Positions 39,163-54,733 of a stretch of DNA of 64,000 nt are shown piece by piece. Location: NCBI RefSeq assembly GCF_009914755.1, contig NC_060927.1, one strand, 5' to 3'. The stretch is from the human T2T-CHM13v2.0 reference genome, Homo sapiens. Both the position numbers and the translations under genes were made by a program. The number at the start of each line of letters is the position of its first letter. The stretch's first letter is position 1. The notes beneath the pieces are model-generated. The model was not told the origin of the DNA, searched no databases, and was given only the letters and a program-made list of their open reading frames with translations.

Positions 39163-40932
39163 GGAAGCAATCTGTATTTTGAACAGTCTTCCCAGGGAGA
39201 TTCTTCTGCCTACTGAAACTTAGTCTTGGAGCAGAAGTGAGGTGAAATGGGTAGCAGGAAAAGTGATTATTCCTTCCGAGAACATTGTTTCCAACAGTTT
39301 TTAAAGGTAATGTGATGAAATGACAGTTCAACATTTAGCAATATGACTATGATGAAAAGATATGAACAGAAACCACATGAACACAAAACCTTGAGACATA
39401 CAGAGGAGGGAGTCAAAGATGAGGCCTTTTACTGTTTTTTCGGTTTTCTGTTCTCTCTCTCTGTAGGCCCTGCCCGCTGGGCAGGCCTGCTCCCAGATCA
39501 GCTTTTTCTTATATAAGAATTTAACTAAGTGGATCTAATGCCGTAGACTCTTAGAGCAGAAAAGGACTTGGAAGCTTATCTTGTCCAGTGGCTCCCAAAC
39601 ACAGCTGATCTTCCAAAGATTCTTTTGAAAATCCGGATTTCCAACATTCCCCCTTCCCCTTCAAAGTCTGGGACCTTGAAATCTGCGGCTTTGAAAAGCT
39701 CTCCAGGTGAATGTGATGGTCAGCCAGATTTGAGCTCCTCTGGGCCAACACTGTCATTTTTCAGAGCAGGAAATTGAATCAACATCAGCCAACTCAGGGA
39801 AAGAGCACTACCTAGAACTTAGGGCTTTTAGGTCCTCATGAATACTCTTTCAAGCCTGTGTTGTCAAAAAGTTCTAATCATTAGAATAAATACTATATGG
39901 AACCTAAGAATTCAGTTGTTGACACCAGGGTGTAAGCCTGTACACAAATGGACTGTTAGATGTAGGTCAGTCTTTGATACCATCGATAGTAGCGGGGCAA
40001 TGTCAAATTTTGAAAGAGTGAATGATTAACAAAATTGTCATTGCCATATCAATACTATTTAGAATCAGCAACCATTAGTATTTCAATTCAGGTGATATCT
40101 CCCAATGGTCTTATTATTGTTAAAATTTAGAAACTAGAAATTTTGGTCATCAGATATATCATAAATATGGATAAAATTCTCACCCACATATATTTACCGT
40201 AAACCTGGAAAATAATGACTTTCCAGCTCAGTGGCTCTCCAATCTCACTCTGTATTAGAATCACCTGGGAGTGTTTAAAACCATACCCTTGACCAATTCT
40301 GACCTGCAGGACCTCAAGAAATAAAATCTAGGGCCAGGGCCCAGGCTCATGTGTTTTTAAACCAAGCTCCCCCAAGTTATTCTCATGCATAACCAGAGTT
40401 GATAACCACTACTGTAGCTCCTTAGATATCTAATAAAATGAGAATAATTAGAAAACTTTAAATTTCACATCATATTCCTGAGAAACATTTTAACCCAGAA
40501 TGGGCTTATGAAGGATATCATTCTGTGATCATACAGCCTGGAAATTATAAGTAACATTTGCGCACCACTTTATAATTTACCACACACTTTCATGTACATT
40601 TCACCACCCAGGTCTGATTGTTTATTAAGTTTCTATGAAACCTTTTCTGTTTAAGTTCAAAGTGCTGGATTCTCCTGCCCATTCTAAAAATGACTCCATT
40701 AATGAGGCTTTTCTTTTTAGAATTTTAAATTAAGGAAAATGAAAAAAAATGTCAGAAAACAGGGCAGAAATGTTTTCTCATGGAAAACTGTACTATATTT
40801 AATAATACCAGGACTCCTTGAACATCATTATATGTTGAGATTGGGTTAATTTCAGCCTGGGAGATTCATAGACCCTTGGGGTTGAAGTACTGATAAGAAA
40901 TGAAACAAGAGGGAAAAATTTAAGTTCTAGCC

Positions 40933-41095
40933 CAGTGGTTTTCAAATTCTGAAGTGCATGTGAATCAACTGGGGATCTTGTATTAAAATGCAGATTTTGT
41001 TTCAGTCAGGCTGGGGTTGGATTTTAGCATCAGCATTTTTAATAAGCTCCCAGGTGACATCAATGCTGCTGGTCTAGAGAGCACATTTTGAGATG
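40933..41095. mobile_element. MER5-type DNA transposon (a similar copy lies at ~40228-40415)
   Basis: cagtggttttcaaa...aaatgcagatt...aagctcccaggtgac...tgctgctggtc. Confidence 0.75.
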
Positions 41096-42039
41096 GAAAG
41101 TTCTGGAATGAGGGACAGGCAGTAGGAAAGAAGTCAGGAGATCTGTGGTTTTCTTTTCCACAGGTTCTGCCTCAAAGTCACCAAGAGACTTTGGATAAGT
41201 TACTTCACCCCTCAGAACCCTAGATTTCTCATCCAAAAATAGGGCCGTGGGATTGGTCTAGATCAGAGATGACAAATACCTAATCCTTGTCACTGCTCTC
41301 TCAGATGCTGTGGGAAGACAGAAGAGCCTGGAGGCAGGATTGTAGTAATTTCTGGTCCTCCAGCCCAAAAAATGCAGGCTGTATCTTCAGAAAGCATTCC
41401 AGTTAATTGTAAATTGTCACATACTGCAAACTGTGACCCTGGATCTGATTGTCAAAGCAATTAGGTTTCAAGAGAGTTGGACATTCTCAAAGTGCTAGTG
41501 GATGCATTTTGATGGGGAAAGAAGTTGCCACAATAAGAGAGCCTGAAGCACCAAGAGCCACTTTGATAAGAAAGATGCCAAAAGGGAAGGAAGGAGTCTA
41601 GCAGGAGATTGGCAGGGGACCCACAGGGGACAGACTCAACCCATTTGATAATGTACGAGTCCTTGGGTCATCATCTGAAACCTTGGTTTTCCTGTGATGT
41701 GAGCTTCAGACCCCAAAACCTGGATTCCTACTAGAGAAAGACCACCTGCCACCACCCAAGCAGGAGAAGAAAGGAGACCCTGCTATGGGCAGAGCCCGGA
41801 GCTGCCTCCTACCCACATTCTCCCTTCAGGGCCCAGGTATCCTATCCAGGCCTGACCGATGCTGGGGCTGTGCTCCTGGGACTTCCCAGTGGGCTCCTGT
41901 GCCCCACTGCCTGGAGTCATGCTCCACCATCTCCTAATCTCATGGGAGGCCGTTCATGGGCAGAAACCTTGAGAGTCACGTGGCTGGCACTGCTTTCAGA
42001 TTTTCAAGGTTTAGGGAGATATTCCCAGAGAAAAAAATA

Positions 42040-42270
42040 CATATTCTTAGGCACACTGTGTCAAGGCATCATGCTAACGACTCTCACTTTTATCTCATTC
42101 AAGCACCAAAATGCTGCAAATTTAGTGTTATTATTCCTTTTTTATAGATGAGGAAACTGAGGCTCAGAGAGATAAACTCCCCCAGCTCATGCAGCTCAAA
42201 TGTAGATGACCTGGCATTTGACTCCAAATCTGATGCTCATCACATTTAATATTACCTCACTGCCTCCCAA
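42040..42270 (-). mobile_element. MIR
   Basis: tagatgaggaaactgaggctcagagaga. Confidence 0.8.
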
Positions 42271-43913
42271 CCCAGCACTTGGAAAGAATCCACAGAAGCT
42301 GAAATTGAGTAAGATTGATGAAACAGAGTGAATTTCATTTCATCTCTCTAGTTCAGGACAAAACAGATGCCCAACACTTTGGAATAGTCCTTGCAGTTCT
42401 TGTAATTATTATTTTTTTTTTTTTTTGTAACGTGGCCCTAGCTCTTCTGTCTCCAGGTGGTGGCAACCTGACCTTGGGGTTCCCGAGTTACAAATAGATG
42501 ACACAGAGAAGGTGCCTGGGACCCTGATTCTGCCCCTTGAGTGGGGTCTAGTTCCTTCTGGATACAAATTGTGGATGCCCCTAGCAACTTTCTTGTGGAC
42601 AATCCCCCAAACCGTGCACTCAATTCAATCAAACACATTTTGAGAAATACAAGCTGCCAGACCCTGAGGCAGGTGCTGAGAGGCAGATACAGGTGAACAA
42701 GGCAGATGAGGCCCCCTCTCTGGGGCTGATCTTCTGGTTGGGGCATGGCGGGGCAGGGGAGCTGGTCACAAACAAGACATTTCATGTGTAAGGCATATGA
42801 TGAAAGGGAGCACACAAGGACCCAACCTCAGCAGGCAGCTCAGAAGACCAAATGGATTGAATTAAACTTAATCAACCTTTCCCTGCCTAGAGGAACTTAA
42901 ACCAAACGAGAGGGCAAGCCATTTCTGCCACCTGAAGCCAGAGCTGCCCTGCCTCTCATTTGAAGAAACACTCTCTACTGAGGTTGCAATAAATTCCCCT
43001 TCAACTTGGCTAACTGCTGATATGCAGAGCCTCTCTCCACCTGGACAGAGAAGCACCAGGCGTTTACACATGTGTGCACACCTGCACACGCACACAGATG
43101 CACAGCCTACTGCATGCTCAAGGTCATATTTCACATACTTCCTCCCCACAGGCGAAGCTGAGTGGATGAGGTTTCCTTCAGAGTTTGCCCTGGAAATGCT
43201 GTTAATGTAACGTATTTTAAAACCATGTCCTTTGTTCTTAGGGGAACATACTAAGATATTAACAGTGGTAGATCTGGGTGGGAGAAGTATGGGGGAATGG
43301 CTTTTCTTAATTTTTTTTAACTCCCAATTATTTCTATTTTATAGCTTTTCCATAAAGAGTGTGGGTCACCTGTGAAATACAAAAATTTAAAGAAAAATAA
43401 GATTTATCTTGCTACACTACAGCTGCTTTTTAATTCCCATTTGCCCTGGAAGACAAGCAGGCATAAGGTGTCTTTGTGGCTTCATGGCAGCTGTGAGGTA
43501 TGATGGAAAGGACACTAAACTAGGAACCACAACACAGTTCCCAGCCCTGCAGACCTTTTTAACTTTGGGACTTCGGAGACGTCACTTAACTTCTTCAAGC
43601 CTTCATTTTCTCATCTGCAGCATGGGGCAGTAATTACTCTGAGGAGATGAAATTGGTGCACAAATGTCAAGTGGGAATATTAGTATAATTATTTACATAA
43701 CTGAAAATTGGCCAATGTTATACTCATGTACAAAGAAGAAAAAACAATGGTTCTGAGAATTATAGCATAGAGGAAGTGGCCCTTGTCAGATGGCCCCAAA
43801 TGATTCCCACCTCCTGGTATTCATGCCCTTGATAGTGTCCTCCCATGGTGAGGAAGGCTGACCCATGTAACCAATAGGATGTTGCAGAAATTAGAGCACG
43901 TGACTTCTGAGGC

Positions 43914-44274
43914 TGAGAAATATGGTTTGGCTCTGTGTCACCACCTAAATCTCATCTCGAATTGTAATTGTTGAGGGAGGGATCTGGTGGGAAGGGATTG
44001 GATCATGGGGGTGATTTCCCCCATGCTGTTCTCATGATAGTGAGTGAATTCTCATGAGATCTGATGGTTTAAAAGCATTTGGCAATTCCCCCCTCTCTCT
44101 CTTTCTCCTGCTGCCATGTAAGACTTGCCTTGCTTCCCCTTTACCTTCTGCCATGATTGTAAGTTTCCTGAGGCCTCCCTACCCATGTGGAACTGAGTCA
44201 ATTAAACCTCTTTTCTTTATAAATTACCCAGTCTCAGGCAGTTCTTTATAGCAGTGTGAAAACTGACTAATACA
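43914..44274 (+). mobile_element. MSTA-like LTR nested in an MLT1 LTR (~43775-44632)
   Basis: atatggtttggctctgtgtc...gagtcaattaaacctcttttctttataaattacccagtctcagg...ctaataca. Confidence 0.88.
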
Positions 44275-44928
44275 AATACGTTGTGACTCTGCCTTATATT
44301 CTCTTGGGTTATTCATTCTAGAGGAAGCCAGCTGCCATGTCATGAGGACACTCCAGTGGCCCTATGGAGGGGTCCTGCAAGTAAGGACCAGAGGCCTCCC
44401 TGTCAACCTGCCAGCAGGTGTGAGCCATCTTGGAAGCAGATTCTCCAGCCCAGATCTTCAGATGACCACAGGCCCAGGTGACCTCCTGACTGCAACCCCA
44501 AGCCACAACCATGCAATGAGCCACTCCCTCTTTCCTGCCTACCATAAACTGTGTGAGAGAATAAACTGTGAGTGTATTGTCACTTTGGGCTATTTAACTG
44601 AGCAGAAATCTGTTATGCTGCAATAGATAATCAACCCTTCAGCTTTGGAGCCATCTAGGAAGGTTTAGGGACCAGCATGGCTTTGGGAGGAGCAATTCAT
44701 TCCAAGCCAATTTAATTTCCTCTCATGATGAAGTGACCTGGCATGCGGATAAGGGAGCAATAAGTGTATCTCCTCGCCTCTGGAGGGCTTTTAATTCAAT
44801 ACCACATGCCACTCTCATCAACATGCAGGGAGGCAGGGTCTGGGCAGTGGTTCATTGATTTGGCCCTAGGAGAATACACGTAGGAGCTCATCCAGGACTT
44901 GAGGGAGGGGAAGGAATATGGATATTTC

Positions 44929-45299
44929 TGTGATCTGAATGTGTCCCCCAAAATTCATGTGTTGGAAACTTGATCCTTAATGCAATAGTGTTGGGAGGTG
45001 GAACCTTTGGGGAGGTGTTTAGATCAGGAGGGCTCTGCCTTCATGAATGGATCAATGCTATCACAAAAGGGCCTGATGGAGGCAGTTTGGTTCTTTTTTT
45101 GCCTTTCCTTCTGCCTTCTGCGTGGGAGGGCACAGCATTCAAGACACCATCTTAGAAGCAGAGACTGGGCCCTCACCAGACACAAAACCTGCCAGTTCCT
45201 TGATGTTGGACTTATCAGAATCCAGAACTGTGAGAAATAAATTGATAAATTACCCAATTTGTGGTATTTTGTTATAGCAGCACAAACAGACTAAGATAG
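44929..45299 (+). mobile_element. MST-family LTR
   Basis: tgaatgtgtcccccaaaattcatgtgttggaaac...atagcagcacaaacagactaaga. Confidence 0.85.
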
Positions 45300-45340
45300 A
45301 TACTAATACTAATACAATACCAACATCAAAACTGCTAGCA

Positions 45341-45631
45341 GGCTGGGCATGGGGTTCACACCTGTAATCCCAGCACTTTGGGAGGTCAAGGCAGGCAGAT
45401 CTCTTGAGGCCAGGAGTTTGAGACCAGCCTGGCCAACATGGTGAAACACTGTCTCTACTGAAAATATAGCCAGGCATGGTGGTGTGTGCCTGTAACCCTG
45501 AGTAATCTTGGGAGTCTGAGGCACAAGAATCGCTTGAACCCAGGAGGCAGAGGTTGTAGTGAGCCGAGATCCTGCCACTGCCCTCCAGCCTGGGTGATAG
45601 AGCAAGATTCTGCCTTTAAAAAAAAAAAAAA
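45341..45631 (+). mobile_element. Alu
   Basis: TSD CTGCTAGCA. Confidence 0.92.
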
Positions 45632-46073
45632 TGCTGCTAGCAATGCACTTCACTAATACTCATTTTACACTGCTAATACTTGTCACCCAGAAAACCTCCC
45701 TCCTGGAGAGCCCCAGGTTCTTCAGAACTCAGTAATCACTCTTTAACAAACAAAGAAAATGGTTTCAGCCCCACTGCAGCACTCTGACACATCTTCAAAA
45801 ACTCCACAGATTTCCAGAAAGACATACCTTCTCCTGGTCAGTGGGGGTTACGCCCTCGGTCACCACTGTCATCTGGTCCTTAGCCATCATCCTCTGTTCC
45901 TGAAGCTGCCATTCTCTCTCCCCATCTCTGTTACCCCTGGACCACCTCACATCTGCCATGCCTCATAGCATCATGAACACAAAGCTGGTTCCCAAAAGTG
46001 TTTGTGGATAACGGAAGGGGTATTGCAGTCCTGCATATCTGGTCAATTACAGGAACACAGCATCCTGGTTCTT

Positions 46074-46391
<318 letters not shown>

Positions 46392-47847
46392 GCAATATAG
46401 CATCCTGGTTCTTGAGTTTTCTGGACTGTCCCTACACCGGGGGCTTCTCTTGCTCTAGAGATGTCCTTGCTAATCATTGCTCTCCTGAGCTGCCTCTGTT
46501 TTTCTCTGGACCCTCTCCTCTCAATCCCTTCCTGCTTCCCATCTCTGTGGCCTTGGCTTCTTCTTAACAAGCTTGCCACCCCCAACTTCAAATTCCTGTC
46601 AATTTGTTGTAAACAAGCTACCTCTGTTTGTGTCTTGCCTTTTCCCACCAGGGAGGTATAGACATGGTTAAAGACACGGCCTCTGGCACTGGAAGGCCTC
46701 CTTTTCACTCCCAGCTAGGCATTCTTCAAATCCTTCCTATCCCTATTTTACAGCTGACAAAACTGACTTCCGGGGGATTTGGTTTTGCTCAAGGACCCAG
46801 GGTCCTTCAGGGGTAGGTAGGAAAGATCTGGGACAACTCCCAGGCCTCTTCCAGGCAGAAGGAGAAGTAGGTTGGAGAATGCTAGTTGAGGGCACCTGCA
46901 AAAGCTAAATCAAGACTGCCTGAAGCTTAGGAGGAAGGAAATGTGTGTAGATTTAGTTCCTAGAGGGCTTATAAATAGGACCATTGCTCATTTGTCCTGA
47001 AAAGTCGCTGGGCAACCTTCCCGAGGTGAGGGGTGGGGGCGGGGCCACATGCCCTCCTGAGGTCATTTCTAGCTTGATGATTCACACGGCAAAATCCCAG
47101 CGTGGGTTCAGCGCCCCTCCCCGCACCCGCCCCGTGTACTTTCATTTTGCATTATGATTTTTCACTCAAGCTGATGCGAACCCAAATTGATGTCATTTCC
47201 CTCCCAATAAGCTCTTGACCAGAAAACATCTAATTCTCCATCTAGCTGGGATTTTTTTTTTTTCACTCAGTTTCTATAAAATCATGCTGCAGTTTGCCTC
47301 GATATTTTCTTCTCTTTTAAAGATAGCATTTGTCAAGGCTTATCTTCTGGTCGTAAAACTAATATATATGCTCACTGCAAAAGAATCTGGAACACAAGAG
47401 GCCTGAAAGAAGAAAATAAAAATTATATATAGCATCACACACGTAGACAAACAGGAAAGATCATAGTATGTTTTCTTTCTGTCTTCCCCTTGTATATATA
47501 TCTTTAACATAATTAGATCAAATGCTTTTTTAAAAATCTATTTAAGAGTGAGAGGGAAGAATCATAGATTCTGGCTTCAGCAGAACATGTGTTTTAATAG
47601 GTTATATTTATTGAGGGCTGAAAATGTTCTAGGCACTTTACTCAGTGTGTATTGGTGGAATGTCAGCCATTTATGTTCATTGCTTTTCAAAATCCTCACA
47701 ACAGCCCCTGAGAAAGATATTACTATCATGCCCATTTTACAGGTGAGGAAGCTGAGGCTCTGAGACGTCCCAAGAACAGCTGGTTCATAAAGCAGCTGGG
47801 ATTAATTTTAATTAAAGTCATCTTGCTTCCACAGGCTGGGCTCTTAA

Positions 47848-48123
<276 letters not shown>

Positions 48124-48126
48124 TAA

Positions 48127-48430
<304 letters not shown>

Positions 48431-48843
48431 GTAACTGGGAATATTTTAATCAAAGCACAACATACTCGTGGAACAAAGATCATGCTCCATTCTGACCTTC
48501 TGCAACCCTTTGCTTTAAAGAATATATAGGGAGAAAGGAAACTGGAGGAAAAGGTCATAAGCGTACTTGCCAGTGCTACTACAAGTTTGCCCATGCCTTC
48601 CTATAAGTGTTGCTATTTTAGTGCTTGATGGACATCTAAAGTGTCCCTGGGCATGGGGGAGCTGAGAGGTGCTGGGGCTCAGCACAGATGCTGTAAAGTG
48701 ACTGCTCATTCTTTCTGTGGCCATTCATTGACTACCTACCGTGTGTCTCTCAGGCACAGTGCTCAGCATGTACTCCAAATGTAATCTGTATAAAACCAGC
48801 ATGCCCATGGGGTCGGCTTCAAAGTGTTGAAGTGATATCATAA

Positions 48844-49482
<639 letters not shown>

Positions 49483-50132
49483 CATAATTCACACACACAT
49501 ACATACCACACACACCGTGTATCTGGAGGTGAAACATTATTTCAAAACAGCTCAAAATATTATACTGGCTCTATCTGTCAGGATGCTTTGATTGTAAGCA
49601 ACAGAAACTGCCTCTACTGATCTAGGCAGAACGGGAATTTCTTGGAAGGATATTAGAGAGCACACTAGAGCAAAGGAATGGCTAAAAAGTCAGGCTTGGA
49701 GCCATTAGGCACCCAGCCTCTCCAGGAGGTTCTTGGCAGCAGAAAATGCTCAACAATCTCACTGAGCTGCTGTGGCTGGAATGAGAACACTCCAAGTGTT
49801 CTCTGCTTTGGGCCTGAATCCATGATTGAGATTTCAGGGAGGGAGTCCCCATTGGCCTTGCTGGCAGTCATGCACTGGGGAGGAAGGGCTGGCCTGGCTA
49901 ACCATTCCACTAGACAATTTGGAAGATGGACCAGCAGCTGGGCAGATGACAAACAACGAAGGTCTTTGCATTTCTTGAGAATGATGACAGCCAACCACTG
50001 AGGCTGTGACAACACTTATAAAAAAAATCCCCCTTTCTCTTCTATCCATTTCTCTCACACGCTGAAGCTGCTCCACAGGATTTCTCCCTACAGTTATACG
50101 CAAACCTCACCCAACATCCACTCTTTTATACC

Positions 50133-50456
50133 CCGGCTGTGCAAAATGTATTCAGAGAACCAGCAGCATTTATAATCTCCAAATGTAATCTGTATAAAGC
50201 CAGCGTGCCCATGGGTTCAGCTTCAACATGGTGAAGTAGTATCATAATGTATTAGTCCACTCCTTACACTGCTAACAAAGACATACCTGAGACTGGGTAA
50301 TTTATAGAGGAAAGAGGTTTAATTGACTTAATCTAGCAAGTTGGGAGCTTGCTAGAAATGTAGAATCTCAAACCTCACCCTAGACCTACCAAATCAGAAT
50401 CTGCATTTTAACAATATCCCAGGTGGCTCTGATGCACGTGAAGTTTAAGAATCACT
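50133..50456. mobile_element. MER5-type element carrying a ~150-bp insertion
   Basis: accagcagcat [insert] tgggagcttgctagaaatgtagaatctc...agacctac...aatcagaatctgcattttaac. Confidence 0.7.
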
Positions 50457-50485
50457 CATGGATACACTCTCTTCCTCTCTCCATT

Positions 50486-50791
50486 TCTTTTTTTTTTTTT
50501 TTTTCTTTGAGACAGGGTCTCACTCCTTTGCCCCAGCTGTAGTGCAGTGGTGCAATCATGGCTCACTGCAGCCTTGACCTCCCTGGGCTCCGGTGATCCT
50601 CCCACCTCAGCCTCCTGAATAGCTGGGACCACAGGCATGCGCCACCATACCTAGCTAATTTTTATCTTTCTTGTAGAAATAGGGTTTTGCCATGTTGCCC
50701 AGGCTGGTCTCAAACTCCTGGGCTCAAGTGATTTGCCTGCTTAGTCCTCCCAAAGTGCTGGGACTACAAGTGTAGAGCCACCGTGCCGGCC
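50486..50791 (-). mobile_element. AluJ-like element
   Basis: Reverse Alu. Confidence 0.92.
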
Positions 50792-52734
50792 TTCCATTCC
50801 TTAATTATACAGATCAATCTAGTCTCTCACCAGCCTAAACAAATCCTTCCTCTGTAGCAAGAGGAAAGAGATGGGCTATCAATGACAAGGTTGCCTCTGG
50901 TGGGGTGATAGAAGAAATGTGAACATTTGCAGGCTCATAATTGTCTTGTAAACAAGGGTAAAGCAGACACAGTCTGTGACCTCAGCGAGCTCAGGTTCTG
51001 GAGGGAAAAGCTGGTCAGCCGGTCCAAATGGATATTGAGGTCTTCCAAGGCAGCATGGCATGGTTCTCAGGGCTAAACTGACTCTAGAACCGCTTGCTCT
51101 AGGGGAGGATCCTGGGGACAGAGGGACGGAATGGTAAATTAAGTTTCATTGGGCTGCACAGATCAGTTTGGAAGTCCTGTGGTCCTTTGAGTCCTCTCTG
51201 AAATGCAATGCTAGACAACAGTGCCAGGGTACTCAGGGTTGGTCTGTCTCCTCCTCCAAGAGAGCAAAGAAGGAACCAGGCCCAGGGACTCACCCAGAGG
51301 GGGCTTGGGAGCCAGTAAAATGAAAAACGTTGAATGTAGAGTTCCGAACGGTCTGGAATCCAGGTATTAATCTGTTGGTCCGTCATCATATTGGTCTTTG
51401 CAACATACAAACAAATCAAGCACGAGATTTCCCCCAAAGTTAGCAAGCTCCTGTGAGTCATTTCTCAGGAACTTGGTGGCAGACACTTGGCTGAAGGCAG
51501 CTGTGAGGAGGAATGTCCGTGGAGGGGGGTGGGGGGCGGTGGTGGCCACAGTCACGGGAGTGGCTGTGTGGGCGTGACTGTAGCTGGGACTGCTGGGCTA
51601 TGAAGCTGTGGCTGTGTCTGTAGCTGGGGGTGGGGCTGTGGCCATGGCTGTGGCCACCAGCCTCACAGCAGTAGCCATAACAAAAGGAGGAGCTGCTGAC
51701 TGGCCTCATCTCAGTGACCACATGGCATCATTCAAAGATTCGTGCTCCTGGTCCCTCAACGCAGGTAGAACTTTTGGCAGAGTCGGGGGAAACTGAGCTA
51801 AAGGCAGTGACAGGTTGTACCTACTTGGGCCATGGACCCTGAGGAACCTGAAAAAGATGAGGGAAGAGGTCCCTATCACACACTTTGGTGTTTTGTGGCT
51901 GCTGGTGGCAGTGGGGTCTGGCATGAGGGTGACCTGCAACCACACGCACCCAGCTCCTAGGTTCCTGGAGCTGACAGCGTCTGTGGCAGAGGGGCTTGAC
52001 ATGAGGATGCTGTCCCCAACTCCTCTGGTCCTACCCAACATTTTCCTGCAAGGTGGCCCTAACCAACCCCACCCGCATCATTCAAATCCGTGCTTGAAGG
52101 GACAACACCATCTCACCCTCTTCCTCATTTTCCATCTTTCTCAGTCCTTGCTGTTCACAGAATAGTCTCCTCTCTTCATCAGCCAGAAACAAACAAAATG
52201 CCTGTGCGAACCGATGCTGTGGTTTCACCAGCTTGGTCCTTCCACAAACAGCAAAACTCAGAGTTCAGTTTAGGTGCCTTCCCATCACCCCTACTAGAAC
52301 ACTTTGTCTCAGTAGCCACTGAGTTAACAGTTGTGAAAGCTTTTAGAGAAAGATACATTCTTGTGCTCTTGAAAGAGTATGATTTACATTTCTTTGACAT
52401 TCTCCAGTTTCAAAAGCCACTTGCAAATGCCAGTACTTCGAAGCTTTATTTCTGTACCTACAAAGAAAGGCACCTCTCATAAAAGAGCTTTTTAAACCAT
52501 GGCACTTTAGGAAGGTAGAACCTAAGAGGCACAAAACCATAATGATAAACAAACAAATCGGTTTGTGAAGTAGCTCAGGCCATGGTCCCTACTATTCTAG
52601 GGCCTCTTCATCTATGCTGATGGCGTAAGTTTACTGAGCATTTATTTGGTGTCAGGTACTCTTCTAAGCACCTTACCTGAATCATCTCATGTGATACTTA
52701 CAGGAACTCTAGAACTCTAGACCAGTGATTTTCC

Positions 52735-53013
52735 TTTCTTTTTTTTTTAAGAGACAGGGTTGCTCGCTCTGTCACCCAGGCTGGAGTCCAGTGGCGTGGT
52801 CGTGACTCACTGTAACCTCAAATTCTTGGACTCAAGTGATTCTCTTGCCTCAGCCTCCCAAGTAGCTAGGACTACAGATGTGAGCCCCCGTGCCTGGCTA
52901 ATTTTTAATTTTCATGTAGAGACAAGATCTCCCTATGTTGCCCAGTCTGGCCTCAAGTGATCCTCCCACCTCGGCCTCCCAAGTCACTGGGATTATAGGC
53001 ATGAGCCACTGTG
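52735..53013 (-). mobile_element. AluJ-like element
   Basis: TSD CTAGACCAG(T/A)GATTTTC. Confidence 0.9.
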
Positions 53014-53019
53014 CTAGAC

Positions 53020-53236
53020 CAGAGATTTTCAATTAGGGGTTATTTTGCCCCTTACGCAGGGGATATTTGGCAATGTCTGGAGACATTTTTGTGTGGTACA
53101 ACTAGGGGGGATGCTATTGGCATTAAGTGCGTAGAGGCCGGGGATGCTGCTTAAACAACCTATGGTTCTTGGGACGGCCCCACACCAAAGAATTATCCAG
53201 GCCCTACTGCAATAGTGTCCAGGTTGAGAAGTCCTG
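53020..53236. mobile_element. MER20
   Basis: atttggcaatgtctggagacattttt...aaagaattatccagg...aggttgagaa. Confidence 0.88.
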
Positions 53237-53384
53237 CTCTCAGAGATAGGGATTATTATTCACCCCATTTTCCAGATGAAGACACAGAAGTACAGAGAGG
53301 TACTTCAAGATACTTAGGTTTATAAGCAAATATAATCAGCAAAAATGAGTGTTGGCAAAAGATTGAGAAAAGTTTGCCAATATA

Positions 53385-53709
<325 letters not shown>

Positions 53710-54429
53710 TAAGAGTAGGAGGAAAAGAGAAGCCATTCGTTCTATCTCTGTTCTGTAATTTTCTGTTTTTGTATAACATTAATCTGTGGATCCTACTGAA
53801 CTGACACATTGCAACAGCTCATGCGCAGTGGGGAGCTGTCCTAGACGCTTGTAGTGGCTGTAGCGACACTGCTTTCTAAACTCATTGCTTGCCTCCTCTT
53901 GACTATCACTCTGTTTTCCAATTTCACTGCCGCACTCCTCATTCTCTTCTCAATTTGCAACCTGTCCTTCCACTCTGTTAGGTCCATTTGTGATAGTTCA
54001 GTGTGTGAAGGAGGGAGGCCCCTGCCCTCTCGACCCAGCGCTTTCTCATATTAGACAGCCCGCATCTGTCTGGGAGGTTGTGGCGGATGGGGTAGGTGAC
54101 CAGCTGTCTCCAGGTCTCTCCTGGGTAAAACCTCAGAATCATTGCAAATATTAGCTGACAGCCTATACAAGGAACGGGGCCAAAAGGAATTAAAAAGAGG
54201 ATAAGCCTCCTTCCATATGGACTAGGATGAAAAAATGCTCACGATATTTTCAGTAAAAAAGCCAAGTACAAAACTGAATGTATTGATGATGATTTGTTAA
54301 AAGCTTTGCACTTTTGGATGTTCCTTTTACTAAATGAACATGCATTACTTTTATCGGAAATAAACAATACTTATTTTAGCAATAATGTTTTCTAAAAACA
54401 AACAAACAAACAAACAAAAAACACACAAC

Positions 54430-54733
54430 AGCCAGGCACGGTGGATCACGCCTGTAATCCCAGCACTTTGGGAGGCCAAGGTGGGCAGATTATTTGAGGT
54501 CAGGAGTTCGAGACCAGCCTGCTCAACAAGGCGAAACCCTGTCTCTACTAAAAAACACAAAACTTGGCCGGGCACGGTGGCGTGTGCCTGTAGTCCCAGC
54601 GACTCAGGAGGCTGAGGGAGGAGAATCGCTTGAACCGGGAGGCGGAGGTTGCAGTGAGCTGAGATGGCACCACTGCACTCCAAGCTGGACAACAAAGTGA
54701 GACTCTGTCTCAAAAAACAAAAAAAAGAAAAAA
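54430..54733 (+). mobile_element. AluS
   Basis: Full dimer. Confidence 0.92.

Noticed and set aside
50890-51060. Minus-strand ALEDLNIHLDR...HPTRGNLVI resembling an L2/CR1 endonuclease motif
   Set aside because: Similarity is short and the spacing unconvincing; it needs a profile search and is kept only as an alternative origin for the 50.8-52.6 kb region.
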